Source: an uncultured virus (IMG/VR IMGVR_UViG_3300025913_000002)
Lineage: Duplodnaviria > Heunggongvirae > Uroviricota > Caudoviricetes
Virus record (IMG/VR): IMGVR_UViG_3300025913_000002
Strand: one strand, 5' to 3'
DNA: 64,000 bases
Shown here: in pieces, positions 45,256-55,186 of the stretch
How positions within the stretch are numbered: position 1 is the stretch's first letter
Layout: the number at the start of each line of letters is the position of its first letter
Made by a program: the position numbers and the translations under genes
The notes under the pieces: model-generated
What the model saw: only the letters and a program-made list of their open reading frames with translations
Databases searched by the model: none
What the model was told of the DNA's origin: nothing

Positions 45256-46754
45256 GCGTTCACCAACTGCCTCTCGGTTGTCCTCAAGATGTTCGGCGGC
45301 AGCGGCCCCGACTGACCCATGCTGTGCTCGTACGAAAGCCCGACGCCGCCCGCGTTGTACGGAATTCCGAGCGCCGCCCGCACTTCCGCCTCCAGCGCGT
45401 CGCGCAACTCCACGATCCGCTCAGCGCTCAGATGATCGGTGAAGACGTAGGACACGTAATCGCCAGGCACGCCTTTGTAGTACTCCGCCACGCGGTTAAA
45501 ATCGACCTCGTAGGCGTGGAGACGGTCGCCGGACTTCGGCGCGGTGTACGTCCATGTTCCCGGAGCGGTCTCGGTCGCCTCATCGTAATACGGCGTTCCT
45601 GGATAGGTGCTGATCACCGTGCAATCAAAATCGTCGGGCCGCTCTTGCAGAAGCCACTGCTTCGTCGCTCCGATCGTCTCGGCGCTCTCCCCGGCGTGCC
45701 CGATGGACATTAGGGCTTTCACCTTCAGCCCGTGCCGCCTCGCAATCGCCATGCACTCGCTGTTCTGCTCGCGCGTCGCCTTCTTCTGGATGTTCTCCAG
45801 GATGCGCGGACTACCGCTCTCGAAGCCGATCAGTATCCACCGGAACCCGGCGCGGACCATCGCTCGCGCTTGCTCGTCGGTGAAGAGGTTACTCTTGACG
45901 AAGCCGCGAAGCCGAAACTCGACGCCCAATTCCGCCTGCAGTGCCGCAATCGCGTCCATCAGTTCGACCATGCTCTTGCTGACGTTGAGTTCGTCGTCGT
46001 AGAACATGAAGCCGGTAACGCCGTACAGCTCGTAGAGGTGCCGCACTTCCGCGACCACATTCTCGGTCGAGCGGGTGCGGATGCGTCGCAGCATCGGGGA
46101 GTTGCGGCCCCCACAAAAGGCACACATGTACGGGCATCCGAGCTGTCCGATCAGCGACGTTGCGCGGTGGCTCTCGATCGCGTAATGATAGCTCTCCATG
46201 TCCACGAGGTGACGCGCCGGGAGCGGGAGTTCGTTGAGCCGGAGAGCTATCATTACGAATCTGCTCGCGGCATCGTCGCCGTCGATTAACTTCGGCGCAT
46301 CCGGCATGAGTGCATGAAAGATGCTATCTTCGCCGTCACCTGCCACCAGCACATCGAACATTTCTGCCAGAACGTCAAACGCACGAACCGCGCGCCCCGT
46401 GATCTCATGCTTCACCTCTCGCTTCCGTGCTGCATTTACGAGCGTGACGTGCGGACCGCCGAGGATCACCTTCGCATCCGGCCGTGTTTCTCTCAGAACC
46501 GCTGCAATCTTGGCTGTGGCGGGCATCTGCGGGGTCGTCGCGGTCAAACCGAACACCGTCGCGTTCGTGCGGCTCGCGTGGTCCCGAACGGCCTCCTCGT
46601 AGTTCTCGACACCATTTAGGTCCAAATGCTCGACGGTGTATCCGTCTGCCTCCAGAACCGCCCCGACCCGGAGTATGCCGAGCGCAACAAAAACCCGAGC
46701 GTCTAAGAGGAAGACGCTCGGGGGAGTGATGAGACAGATTGTCGGCTTATTCAC
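45252..46754 (-). CDS. cobalamin-binding radical SAM enzyme (class B methyltransferase-like)
   Basis: B12-binding domain (LGILRVGAVL, VILGGPHVT, GDGE); CPYMCAFC; IGFESGS; YPGTPY. Confidence 0.9.
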   Translation of the reverse strand: MNKPTICLITPPSVFLLDARVFVALGILRVGAVLEADGYTVEHLDLNGVENYEEAVRDHASRTNATVFGLTATTPQMPATAKIAAVLRETRPDAKVILGGPHVTLVNAARKREVKHEITGRAVRAFDVLAEMFDVLVAGDGEDSIFHALMPDAPKLIDGDDAASRFVMIALRLNELPLPARHLVDMESYHYAIESHRATSLIGQLGCPYMCAFCGGRNSPMLRRIRTRSTENVVAEVRHLYELYGVTGFMFYDDELNVSKSMVELMDAIAALQAELGVEFRLRGFVKSNLFTDEQARAMVRAGFRWILIGFESGSPRILENIQKKATREQNSECMAIARRHGLKVKALMSIGHAGESAETIGATKQWLLQERPDDFDCTVISTYPGTPYYDEATETAPGTWTYTAPKSGDRLHAYEVDFNRVAEYYKGVPGDYVSYVFTDHLSAERIVELRDALEAEVRAALGIPYNAGGVGLSYEHSMGQSGPLPPNILRTTERQLVNA

Positions 46755-47281
46755 TTGTGGACCCATCGGAGCGTGACGACCGTCGTCCCTTCGGGTGCGG
46801 GGCCGAAAACTTCATCGACCGCCCGCTTCACGCCCTGAAAGTGATCGTGGCCGTAGTCGTGGAAGACGATCACGCCGCAGGGCCTCACTCGCGGCCACCA
46901 CCTCGCGATGTCGGCGACCACATCCTCGTACGTGTGCATCGCATCGAGGAAGATCATATCGTAGTCGTCGGTCAGGCATCCCGCCGCCGTCTCGCTCGAA
47001 TAGAGGCGGTATTCGACGTTCAGGAACCGCGCCGTGGCCGTCCGGAAGTCGTCGAGCGTCTGAACGCTCTCCATCTGTTCCTGCCCGGCGGAATTGGCCG
47101 AAAACGTGTCGCAGCACATCAGCGATTTCGCGGTGATCGCCATGCAGAACGCCGACAGCCCCTTGAACGAGCCGATTTCGAGCACGTCGCGGTTTGCAGC
47201 CAGTTCCGCGAGCTTGTCCATCTCGCTCGGATGGAGGAACCCTTCAATCCCTATTGATTTCGTCGTCTCAAGTAGGTCCAA
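46751..47281 (-). CDS. class I SAM methyltransferase (Methyltransf_24-like)
   Basis: VLEIGSFKGLS, IFLDA.HTYE.V..D, GVIVFHDY. Confidence 0.85.
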   Translation of the reverse strand: MDLLETTKSIGIEGFLHPSEMDKLAELAANRDVLEIGSFKGLSAFCMAITAKSLMCCDTFSANSAGQEQMESVQTLDDFRTATARFLNVEYRLYSSETAAGCLTDDYDMIFLDAMHTYEDVVADIARWWPRVRPCGVIVFHDYGHDHFQGVKRAVDEVFGPAPEGTTVVTLRWVHK

Positions 47282-47282
47282 T

Positions 47283-48011
47283 TTAAGACAGTCCCCATTT
47301 CTTCAGAAACTTCGGCATGAGCTTGTCCTTAGACCCGCCATTAAAATGAAAAACACCGGGTGTCGTCCCGGTGATCCGGTTACGAATACGTTCGCCTCGC
47401 GTATCGAACTCTTTCACGAACGACGCGCTCAGGCACTGCGCCAGCTCGCACGCGGTATCGACGACCATATCGACCGGCTGCGCGATATAGGCGATCTGGC
47501 CCTGTTCCTGGTCGTCGGGGTAGATCCATCCGGTATCGTCTGCGTTTCGCCGGTCAAAACCGAGCGCATCGAGGTTCTGCCACTCTAGGCACGCGAGCAT
47601 CTTCTCGGCCGGGCCACAAAAGAAGCCGTTGTTCAAGAACCGCCACGGCGACCCGGTATCCGGGAAGTGGTCGGCAAGATCAGTGCGCGGCCAGCACGCT
47701 TTTTCTGCGTTGAACACGATCGCATCGCCGTAGAGAGACGCGGCGCGCTCGTCGATCGACTGCGGGTGCTCGCAGAACACGATGTCCCAGGCGTCGCACA
47801 CAATAATCCGATCCGCTTTGTTCTTTCCAGCCCGCAGCCAGTTGCGCAGCAGGTTCGGCTTGGTAATCAAACCGCCCCACGGCTCGTTCATCCCTAAAAT
47901 CACAGGCTTGAACTGGAAGCGCTTCAGGCTTTCGAGGTAGGTCGAGAAACGATAGTACGGCTCCGTTGGCACGCGGCTCGAAACCGACACAACTTGCACC
48001 GATTTAACCAA
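47283..48011 (-). CDS. PLOD/LH-type glycosyltransferase domain protein (paralog 2)
   Basis: CDAWDIVF, VFNAEKACWP, RFLNNG..G, DDQ, FHFNG. Confidence 0.8.
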   Translation of the reverse strand: MVKSVQVVSVSSRVPTEPYYRFSTYLESLKRFQFKPVILGMNEPWGGLITKPNLLRNWLRAGKNKADRIIVCDAWDIVFCEHPQSIDERAASLYGDAIVFNAEKACWPRTDLADHFPDTGSPWRFLNNGFFCGPAEKMLACLEWQNLDALGFDRRNADDTGWIYPDDQEQGQIAYIAQPVDMVVDTACELAQCLSASFVKEFDTRGERIRNRITGTTPGVFHFNGGSKDKLMPKFLKKWGLS

Positions 48012-48711
48012 GTGCGAGCCTTCCGTAGAACGCGGGACCGCAAATCTCCTTCGCGCCGCCGTTGAAGTGGAAGACGCCAGGGGCCGAACCCGCGATTTTG
48101 TTCGTGATTTCGTCTCCCGAGAGGTCAAACTCGCTCAAATCACACGCCGAAAGTGTCTGCGCGAGCCTGCACTGCGTGTCAACGACCATTTCGACCGGCT
48201 GTTTGGCAAAAAGCGCCTGATATTCGCCCTGATCGTTAGGATAGGGACCGCCAGGCGGGTCAAAACCGATGCTTTCGATGTCCATCGCGTTCAAAAGTGC
48301 GAGAATTTGGCTTGCGGGACCACACATGAATCCGGAATTCAAAAACCGCCACGGACTGCCATCGTCCGGGAAGCAGTCGCGCAGGTCTTCGCGCGGCCAA
48401 CAGCCCTTTTCACCGTTAAACACCACTGCGTCCCCGAACCACTCGGCGCACCGGTCGCCGATCCCGTGCGGATGCTTCGCGAAGATGATGTCGAAGGCGT
48501 CACAGACGATCAGTCGGTCACTCGTGTTGTGCCCGTTCCGCAGCCATTCGCGAAGAAGGTAGGGCTTCGTCATCAATCCCTGCCACGTGCCGTTCATTCC
48601 GAGGACCGTCGGCGTCTCAGCGAAGCGCGCGAGGCTTTCGATGAACAGGTCGAAGCGATAGTACGGCTCTGCGGGAACCCGGCTCGCTACGGTAACAACT
48701 TGTGCGTTCAT
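48004..48711 (-). CDS. PLOD/LH-type glycosyltransferase domain protein (paralog 1)
   Basis: CDAFDIIF, VFNGEKGCWP, RFLNSGFMCG, NDQ, VDTQCRLAQTL, FHFNG. Confidence 0.8.
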   Translation of the reverse strand: MNAQVVTVASRVPAEPYYRFDLFIESLARFAETPTVLGMNGTWQGLMTKPYLLREWLRNGHNTSDRLIVCDAFDIIFAKHPHGIGDRCAEWFGDAVVFNGEKGCWPREDLRDCFPDDGSPWRFLNSGFMCGPASQILALLNAMDIESIGFDPPGGPYPNDQGEYQALFAKQPVEMVVDTQCRLAQTLSACDLSEFDLSGDEITNKIAGSAPGVFHFNGGAKEICGPAFYGRLALG

Positions 48712-49469
48712 GCCACCCTCGCCGACACAGTTTCGTGCCCTGAAGTCCATCGACCGAACTTGATCGCCTCAAAAGCCGCCCATTCCAACATCATAGTCAC
48801 GTGCTTGACACTGTGGACGTAGACATGCTCGGCAGGGCAGAAGAACCGCTCTGTGACTTCCTCGCCCGGACTGACCATCGGAAGCATGAGCAGCAACTGC
48901 CCGCCATCCTTCAGCAGCCGTTTGCATTCGGTCAGGAACGGACCGGGATCGTGAATGTGCTCAAAGAGGTCGAGCGCGACGATCAGAGAAAACGAGCCGG
49001 GATTGATCCGCGCCGTAACCTCCGGGAAGTACCCGAACATTAAGTGCGCTTCCGGCCCCGCCGTTTCCTGGATGTACTCGCGGTACGAGCGATCAACGTC
49101 GATCCCGAAGACAGGCGTAAACCCGGCATCGTGAAGCCTGCGAAGGAGGTTCCCAGGAGCGCAGGCGATTTCAAGCGCGCCCCCGCCCGCTCCCTCGATC
49201 TGCCCCATCACGTACTCGTTCTTCGTGACGCCGCACTCGTGGTGACTGTCTACGTTGAAGGACTGCTCGGCGATTGTGGAACGACCATTCTCGTGCGTCC
49301 AGTAGTCACGCTCGTAGATCGCCGCAGGGTCCACTGGAGCCATGCTGACGTACGTCCCACACAGCGTGCAGATTTGATAGTCCTGCACGCTGCACGGGCA
49401 CAGATTGTGTGCGCATGGGATGATCGGTGTACGCGGGTCTTCGGCTATCGGCGCTGCTTTTCTCCTCAT
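48708..49469 (-). CDS. class I SAM methyltransferase with N-terminal Cys cluster
   Basis: LEIACAPG, DLFEHIHDP..FL...LLKDGG.L, PAEH. Confidence 0.85.
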   Translation of the reverse strand: MRRKAAPIAEDPRTPIIPCAHNLCPCSVQDYQICTLCGTYVSMAPVDPAAIYERDYWTHENGRSTIAEQSFNVDSHHECGVTKNEYVMGQIEGAGGGALEIACAPGNLLRRLHDAGFTPVFGIDVDRSYREYIQETAGPEAHLMFGYFPEVTARINPGSFSLIVALDLFEHIHDPGPFLTECKRLLKDGGQLLLMLPMVSPGEEVTERFFCPAEHVYVHSVKHVTMMLEWAAFEAIKFGRWTSGHETVSARVA

Positions 49470-50014
49470 CCTGGCACCTGCGGTTCCGGGACCGGCTTTC
49501 TGCCGATGTACAGGATACTGTAGCAGTCCGGGTTGTCATCTACGAAGTCGTCGCGGATCGCTTCGTAGGTATGCAGGTAGGCGGTCAGTTCTCCGACGTG
49601 GCTCTCGTGTCGGTGATTCCCGTTGTCGCAGTCGTAGGGCGGGTTCGCCTCCAATCCGCGCAGGACGTTGCGCCGAAAACGCAACCGGTCCGGGACCGCA
49701 ATCAGCATGTACCCGCCCGGCTTCAGCACCCGATCCCACTCGCGCAGGACCGGCCCCCAGTCCGCGAAGTCTTCGAGGAGGTGGCTCGCGTGCACGAAGT
49801 CGAGGGTGTGATCCTTGAACGGCAGGTCAGTCGCGTCGCCCTGGTAGTGGATGTTGCCACGCTCCCGGTTCGGGTTATACGACTTGAACTGCTCGTCGGG
49901 GAGGTCGAGCTGGATCGCCCACGGCGCGATTGGAGACCCGTCGCTGCCAAGATCGACGCCGTTCCCTTGAACGTACTCGGTCACAAGATGACGATGCCTG
50001 TCTGTCTCGCTCAT
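49466..50014 (-). CDS. class I SAM methyltransferase (Methyltransf_11-like)
   Basis: GVDLGS, DATDLPFKD.TLDFVHASHLLED, EW.RVLKPGG. Confidence 0.85.
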   Translation of the reverse strand: MSETDRHRHLVTEYVQGNGVDLGSDGSPIAPWAIQLDLPDEQFKSYNPNRERGNIHYQGDATDLPFKDHTLDFVHASHLLEDFADWGPVLREWDRVLKPGGYMLIAVPDRLRFRRNVLRGLEANPPYDCDNGNHRHESHVGELTAYLHTYEAIRDDFVDDNPDCYSILYIGRKPVPEPQVPG

Positions 50015-50202
50015 CGTCCCGTCTCGACTTTCTGCAGACGGGCTTCCGTCAACAGTATTGGGAATAACGTCTCCATCTCAAGTAACTGAGTGTAGCGCTC
50101 CCTCGTGATAGTTACGCCGACCACTCCTTCAACCAGTTTGGAAAGTCGTTCGACTTCACGCTCCAATTCTGACAATCTGTCGTTCGTACTTGGTTTTCTC
50201 AT
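50011..50202 (-). CDS. small coiled-coil protein
   Basis: GGAGG RBS, overlaps at both ends. Confidence 0.5.
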   Translation of the reverse strand: MRKPSTNDRLSELEREVERLSKLVEGVVGVTITRERYTQLLEMETLFPILLTEARLQKVETGR

Positions 50203-50939
50203 CAGTCGCCGCCTCCTATTCGGCCCTTGATCCTCTCCATCAGCCCGAGAAACAGCATGTGAAGGATCACCATGTGAACGTCTTCCGCTTGCTGCATACT
50301 CTCGGTGGGAACGTGGATCGAGATGTCAACCGTCTTCGCCAGCACGCCGCCGTCGAAGCCTGAAAGTCCGATCGTCGTCACACATTCACTCTCACTCGCG
50401 ACCTGTACGGCGTTGAGAACATTCGCGCTGTTCCCGCTCCCCGACACGGCCACCAGGACCGCCCCGCATTCGTTCCACGTTGCCACTTGCGGGGCAAAGA
50501 CGTTCGACCATGCGCTGTCGTTGGCCCATGCGCTCACAAGCGGCGTAGCGTCGTTCAGACAGATCGCCTTCAGCGGCTTGCCGGTCTCTAGGCCGATATT
50601 CTTTTGCAGATCATTAACGATGTGGGAACATGATGACCCGCTACCGCCGTTGCCGCAGAACATGACGACTTTGTTGTTTTGCCAGGCTCCGTAGAGTGCG
50701 TCTACAGCCTTAATCACCTCGAATATGTCTATCCACTGTACAAGCGTCGCAACCTGCTCGCTGTACTTCACAAAGCGCCGAACAATCGGACTATCTGTGC
50801 CGTACTGTCCGTATCCCTCGTGCTGAGACATCTTGGTGCACTCTTGCAATTTCTGTTTGAGGCGTACTCGTTTGTCGCCCCTCAATTCCTCCGAAATCTC
50901 TGGTAAAGCCATCGTTCCGCCGCCTCCTACACGGCTCAC
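50202..50939 (-). CDS. gmhA: SIS-domain phosphoheptose isomerase (GmhA-like)
   Basis: CGNGGS...SH...DL, AWAND...F..Q, SGSGNS.NV, GFDGG, QQAEDVH; true start may be further downstream. Confidence 0.85.
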   Translation of the reverse strand: MSRVGGGGTMALPEISEELRGDKRVRLKQKLQECTKMSQHEGYGQYGTDSPIVRRFVKYSEQVATLVQWIDIFEVIKAVDALYGAWQNNKVVMFCGNGGSGSSCSHIVNDLQKNIGLETGKPLKAICLNDATPLVSAWANDSAWSNVFAPQVATWNECGAVLVAVSGSGNSANVLNAVQVASESECVTTIGLSGFDGGVLAKTVDISIHVPTESMQQAEDVHMVILHMLFLGLMERIKGRIGGGD

Positions 50940-52486
50940 GCGCTGATGTTACTCCCCTGGCTCGCGTCAACAAGCAGCGAACTCGCTTCGCCTGCAGTAT
51001 CCGCACTCGTCGGGGTCATCCCCTTCGCCTGCATCGCGATGATCTTCGCTTCCGTCTCCTGCTTCTGCGTCAACGACTCCGCCTGAACGGTCTTGATCTC
51101 GTTCGGCGGAATTTTCTCCGCCCGCGCTACCCGCTCGACGCCGCGAGCGTGCGGCAGGAGGTGGTTGTTGACCTGGCTTATCGTCCGGTCGGTCGTTGCC
51201 TGCAAATCCCTCGGCGTCTCTGCGAAGTACGTGGGCCAATCGCACGAGACTTCCATCTCCGGGTCCCACGTCCGAATTTGTGGAAATCCGCCCATGTTCT
51301 GCAGGGCGGTCAGGACCTGGTGAAAGAAGAGGCACAGGCCAGACGCGCCCCAGAGTTCGCGCTTGCGATCGGCGGTCGCGATCGTCCGGGAAAACGTCAT
51401 CGCGAAAGCCAGGCTCGTCATGTTCCCTTTGTTCGTGATCGCGGCAGGGTCCACCCGCGAACGGCCAACGCCCCGGTACAGCAAATCCTCCATCCGGTCG
51501 GCGTATGATCCGCTGTATGCGCGCGCCGCCCCGGAGGGTTCCAGCAGTTTCGCGTCGGCCCGGACATCCGGGTTATCGTTACGAATGCTCAGTGGTTCAC
51601 CGGGCAGCAGCGGCCCCTCGTTATCGACATCTGCATTCGTGACCACCAGGTTCGGCTCGCTGTGCATCTGGTTGCCGCGATCTTCGCCGTGCATCGTGAG
51701 GGCGATACGATCGATCAGGCGAAACACGCGCCAGCAGTCGCCTTCTCCGAGCGGATTACCGGCCACGGCTTTGTTGCGAATGACCGTGATCGGAATGACG
51801 CCGAGCGGGTTCTCCTCCTCGCTCTCGATCTGCCAGCGTCCTGGGTCGTCGGTGTCGCCAAGGTGCGTCCTGTAGCCGGGCAGGGAACCGATCCCCGCAA
51901 TATCCGACGCGCCTGCAGGCAGCGGCACGTACTTGACGAACTTCTCGTCTGTCCACTCCTCGCGGTAGTAGTACCAGTTGCCGTCGGTAAGGCTCCGGTA
52001 CGGGTACTGGATGCGCGCCATAAGTAGGTTCAGGCGGTCGTGCGGGTCGATCCAGACGCGACACTCGGTCGGGATCTTCAAGAAACTGATCTTGACCGGG
52101 CAAGCCTTGTCATTCGGATCGACCATGAACTTCGCCGCGAGCGCGCCCTGGTTGCCTGCGTCCTCCGCGAGCGGGATGTACTGGCTCGGCAATCCGTTGC
52201 GCTTGATGATCGTCTGCAGGAAGTCGTCGAGGTTCGGGTCGTCCGGGACCGAGAAGGTCGGGACGCCGTTCCTGAACGTGAATTCCGCGAGTTCCGAGAC
52301 CATCATGCCCACGTAGGGTAGGGGCGTCGGCTGCGGCCCCTTTTCTCTCGGCCACTGGCTCGTGCCGAACGCGTGGGTCGGGTACGGGCGCATGTTATAG
52401 TAGTCAAACGACTGCCAGGCGGCGAGTGCGGTTTCCAACTGAAACGGGGCAGGCGTCGTCGTGTTTATGAGATCGTTACCGGTCAC
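50936..52486 (-). CDS. portal protein (SPP1 gp6-like)
   Basis: Follows terL; ~516 aa; ENPLGVIPI..I.N, LIDRI. Confidence 0.85.
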   Translation of the reverse strand: MTGNDLINTTTPAPFQLETALAAWQSFDYYNMRPYPTHAFGTSQWPREKGPQPTPLPYVGMMVSELAEFTFRNGVPTFSVPDDPNLDDFLQTIIKRNGLPSQYIPLAEDAGNQGALAAKFMVDPNDKACPVKISFLKIPTECRVWIDPHDRLNLLMARIQYPYRSLTDGNWYYYREEWTDEKFVKYVPLPAGASDIAGIGSLPGYRTHLGDTDDPGRWQIESEEENPLGVIPITVIRNKAVAGNPLGEGDCWRVFRLIDRIALTMHGEDRGNQMHSEPNLVVTNADVDNEGPLLPGEPLSIRNDNPDVRADAKLLEPSGAARAYSGSYADRMEDLLYRGVGRSRVDPAAITNKGNMTSLAFAMTFSRTIATADRKRELWGASGLCLFFHQVLTALQNMGGFPQIRTWDPEMEVSCDWPTYFAETPRDLQATTDRTISQVNNHLLPHARGVERVARAEKIPPNEIKTVQAESLTQKQETEAKIIAMQAKGMTPTSADTAGEASSLLVDASQGSNISA

Positions 52487-52498
52487 GCGCGCCCCTTC

Positions 52499-54037
52499 TC
52501 AAGCAAACGTAAACTTATTCCGAACCTTGCCGCTCGCCCGCTCGACCCGGTTCACCTGTGGCGGAAGTGCGAACGCCAGATTGAGCGCGTCCGCGTCGTC
52601 CGGGCTTCTCTTGATCCGCTTCTTCGTGTCCGCCTTCTTTTCGACTTCGCGACGGCCCTGGCTGTCCACCTTCCATGTCGGCGACATGCACTGGGAGCGC
52701 AGGAGGGACTTGGAGTGGGGGGTCAGGCGCGATAGGTCGAGGTCGCCCGCATCGGCTCTCTCGGCGACCGTAAACCACAACTCCGACCGCTTGTTCGGAT
52801 AGTCCTTACGCGCAACTGCGTTGTTCGCGCTGTTGATTTCCTTGAAATCGTAGGGGCCGCGCAGGTCCACGACGCCTCCCTGAACGTCGTCGATCTGGCA
52901 CTTGACCTGGTGCGGACTCTCACCCTTCGCGTGGAAGCGCTCCGCGAGCTGCTTGAGACGGCCAGCAATCTGCAGGTTATCCCAGCCGTTGTGCGTCTCG
53001 TGGTGCAGGACACAGCAATCGCGGCGCACGATGAAGCTCGTGAAGTCGTCGCCGAAACGCGCCTTGTCGCACCCGATAAACGTCGTTCCTTCTTCCGGCA
53101 ACTCCTGCTCGTGCATGGCTGCCTGCCACGCCGCATCACTCCAGACCGAGGTTGCACCGGTAGACGGCCACCTGCCCAGCAACCGGCTCTCGCCGAGCGG
53201 CCCAGGCCGGTACCACGTCCCGCTCCCTTTCGGAAACTCGAAGTCCCGGCTCCTCTTGTCCTCGTGGCTGACCGGCTCGCACCACTCCCGGATGCGCCCC
53301 TCCACCCAGTCGAGGTCAACCGCCTTAGGGAAGGGCTTCGGCTTGCCTGCGAGTTCAGCGGCGATATTCGGGTGGTCGAGGCACGAGATGTCAATGACGT
53401 GCCACTTGCCGGAGCTGATGCATTCGTCGTACGCGACTGACGAGGTGTCGGTCGGATTGCAGAGCGCCAGCCAGTACGCGACATCCGAAGACATCATCGC
53501 CTCGCCCGCTATCCAGTAATCCGACTGGATGCCCACGCACTCATCGTAGAGCAGGAATACCGCCTGCTCGTGCCGTCCCTGGAAAGCCGCGTCACTGGAG
53601 GCCGTCAAGCCCATCGCGACATGATCGGGGCTGCTCTCCATCCTCGGCGCTTTCGGCAACATGCAGTGACGGAGCGACGGCGGCCGCTGCAGTCGTATCT
53701 CTTTCCAGATGACATCGACCACAGAGTTCTTTGTCGGGGCCGTCGTGATGCACTGTCCGACCGGATAGGCGTCGTAGAACCAGTTCACGAGGCCGCCCGC
53801 AAGGTGGGACTTCCCTACACTGTGTCCGGCCTTGACCAGCACTCTCTTGTGCTTCAGGAGCGCCTCGACAATCTCGACCTGCTTCGGCCACCACACGACC
53901 TTCAGGACTTCACGCGCGTACGTCACCGGATCGGTCCGGTACTCCTGGCACGCGATGTCGGCCACGAGGCGCGACGAGAGGTCCGAGAACCACGATTGGG
54001 CGAGCGTGCGGCCGTCTTTTAGTGTGGCTGCTGGCAT
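52499..54037 (-). CDS. terL: terminase large subunit
   Basis: Walker A GHSVGKS, Walker B LLYDE, NPT, nuclease GCDKARFGDD and SPDDADAL. Confidence 0.95.
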   Translation of the reverse strand: MPAATLKDGRTLAQSWFSDLSSRLVADIACQEYRTDPVTYAREVLKVVWWPKQVEIVEALLKHKRVLVKAGHSVGKSHLAGGLVNWFYDAYPVGQCITTAPTKNSVVDVIWKEIRLQRPPSLRHCMLPKAPRMESSPDHVAMGLTASSDAAFQGRHEQAVFLLYDECVGIQSDYWIAGEAMMSSDVAYWLALCNPTDTSSVAYDECISSGKWHVIDISCLDHPNIAAELAGKPKPFPKAVDLDWVEGRIREWCEPVSHEDKRSRDFEFPKGSGTWYRPGPLGESRLLGRWPSTGATSVWSDAAWQAAMHEQELPEEGTTFIGCDKARFGDDFTSFIVRRDCCVLHHETHNGWDNLQIAGRLKQLAERFHAKGESPHQVKCQIDDVQGGVVDLRGPYDFKEINSANNAVARKDYPNKRSELWFTVAERADAGDLDLSRLTPHSKSLLRSQCMSPTWKVDSQGRREVEKKADTKKRIKRSPDDADALNLAFALPPQVNRVERASGKVRNKFTFA

Positions 54038-54279
54038 CAGACGATCTGCAATCCCTGCATCGGCCCTCGATAGATCGCATCAACGAACGGCTGGAACACA
54101 ATATCGCGCCAGTTCGTCCCCCACAGCACCTTTTGTTCGATCTCGTAATTTTCGAGTTGAAACGCCTTACTCAACTGCTCGTTAAGCGCGGAGCAAATTG
54201 CATCGCGGATTTGCTGGATGGCTTCCTTCTTCATCTTTCGAATATCGTCGTCAATGAACTCATCGATTGGGTTTAGCAC
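54037..54279 (-). CDS. hypothetical protein
   Basis: TGATG overlap with terL. Confidence 0.55.
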   Translation of the reverse strand: MLNPIDEFIDDDIRKMKKEAIQQIRDAICSALNEQLSKAFQLENYEIEQKVLWGTNWRDIVFQPFVDAIYRGPMQGLQIV

Positions 54280-54393
54280 GCCTCACAATCCCCCTCAAAA
54301 ACCACCACTGGCACAGCACGTCCATGTCCGCAACCGTCTGCATACGGGCGTACGGGGTCTTCAGGAAGGCTTGCCAGATGCGGTCGCGGTGGG

Positions 54394-54681
54394 TCACTTG
54401 TTGTAATTCACGCGCCAGCACGCGCCTTTCAACTCAGGATCGACAAGCACCGGCAGCCCCATCAACCCCTTCACGTCTGTGGTTCTCACAAAACCTTCTT
54501 CACGCAGGTTCGCCTTGAACAAGTCGATGTAGTCAGGATGGACCGAAACCGAAACCGCCATCGCAGGCATTCGGTCGGCGAACCAATCCATGATCTGCTT
54601 AACGGTTTCCAGCGAGCAAGGCTCAGTCGCGGCATCTGAATAGGTACTGTTCGTGAAGTCGATCACTTCAATCCATCCCAC
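54394..54681 (-). CDS. hypothetical protein
   Basis: In the terS-terL interval. Confidence 0.5.
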   Translation of the reverse strand: MGWIEVIDFTNSTYSDAATEPCSLETVKQIMDWFADRMPAMAVSVSVHPDYIDLFKANLREEGFVRTTDVKGLMGLPVLVDPELKGACWRVNYNK

Positions 54682-54935
54682 CGCTTAAACGTCACCATCG
54701 GGACTTCCGGCACTTCCGCGTACTCCGGCACCAACTCGTATGCCGCACTGTGAATAAACACCTGAAAGCAGTTCCGCATGGCGTCGTACGACGATCCGAC
54801 CGCGCGGGCATCTTCCGGCAGCGCATTCCCGATCACCTGCCACGGCTCGTTCGACCGGCACATTAAGACGAGCATTTCCGGCGTCACCGGCATTCGCATG
54901 ACACGGCGGTCTGTGTGTTCGCGCTTGATTATCAT
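54663..54935 (-). CDS. hypothetical protein (LPEDARAVG motif)
   Basis: GAGGTG RBS. Confidence 0.6.
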   Translation of the reverse strand: MIIKREHTDRRVMRMPVTPEMLVLMCRSNEPWQVIGNALPEDARAVGSSYDAMRNCFQVFIHSAAYELVPEYAEVPEVPMVTFKRWDGLK

Positions 54936-55186
54936 CGTTTCACCTCGCGATACTCCAGACACCGGCGGCAGTAGAACAAATCAACGTCGCCGATCCGTAT
55001 CTTCTTGTCCGATTCAGGAACATCAGCAAGGACAGTATCTGACCGTAAATGCTCGAAATAGTGCTCGCACGGCTTCGTCGGCCGCTGACCGATCGGAATG
55101 CCGTCGGGCACAATCTCCGTCACGCTCGATGACGGTGGAACACGATCCTCTGGCTTCGCAGTATTGATTGGTCGGTATCCGGTCAT
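54932..55186 (-). CDS. small protein with CEH...FYCRRCLE
   Basis: ATGA overlaps. Confidence 0.5.
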   Translation of the reverse strand: MTGYRPINTAKPEDRVPPSSSVTEIVPDGIPIGQRPTKPCEHYFEHLRSDTVLADVPESDKKIRIGDVDLFYCRRCLEYREVKR

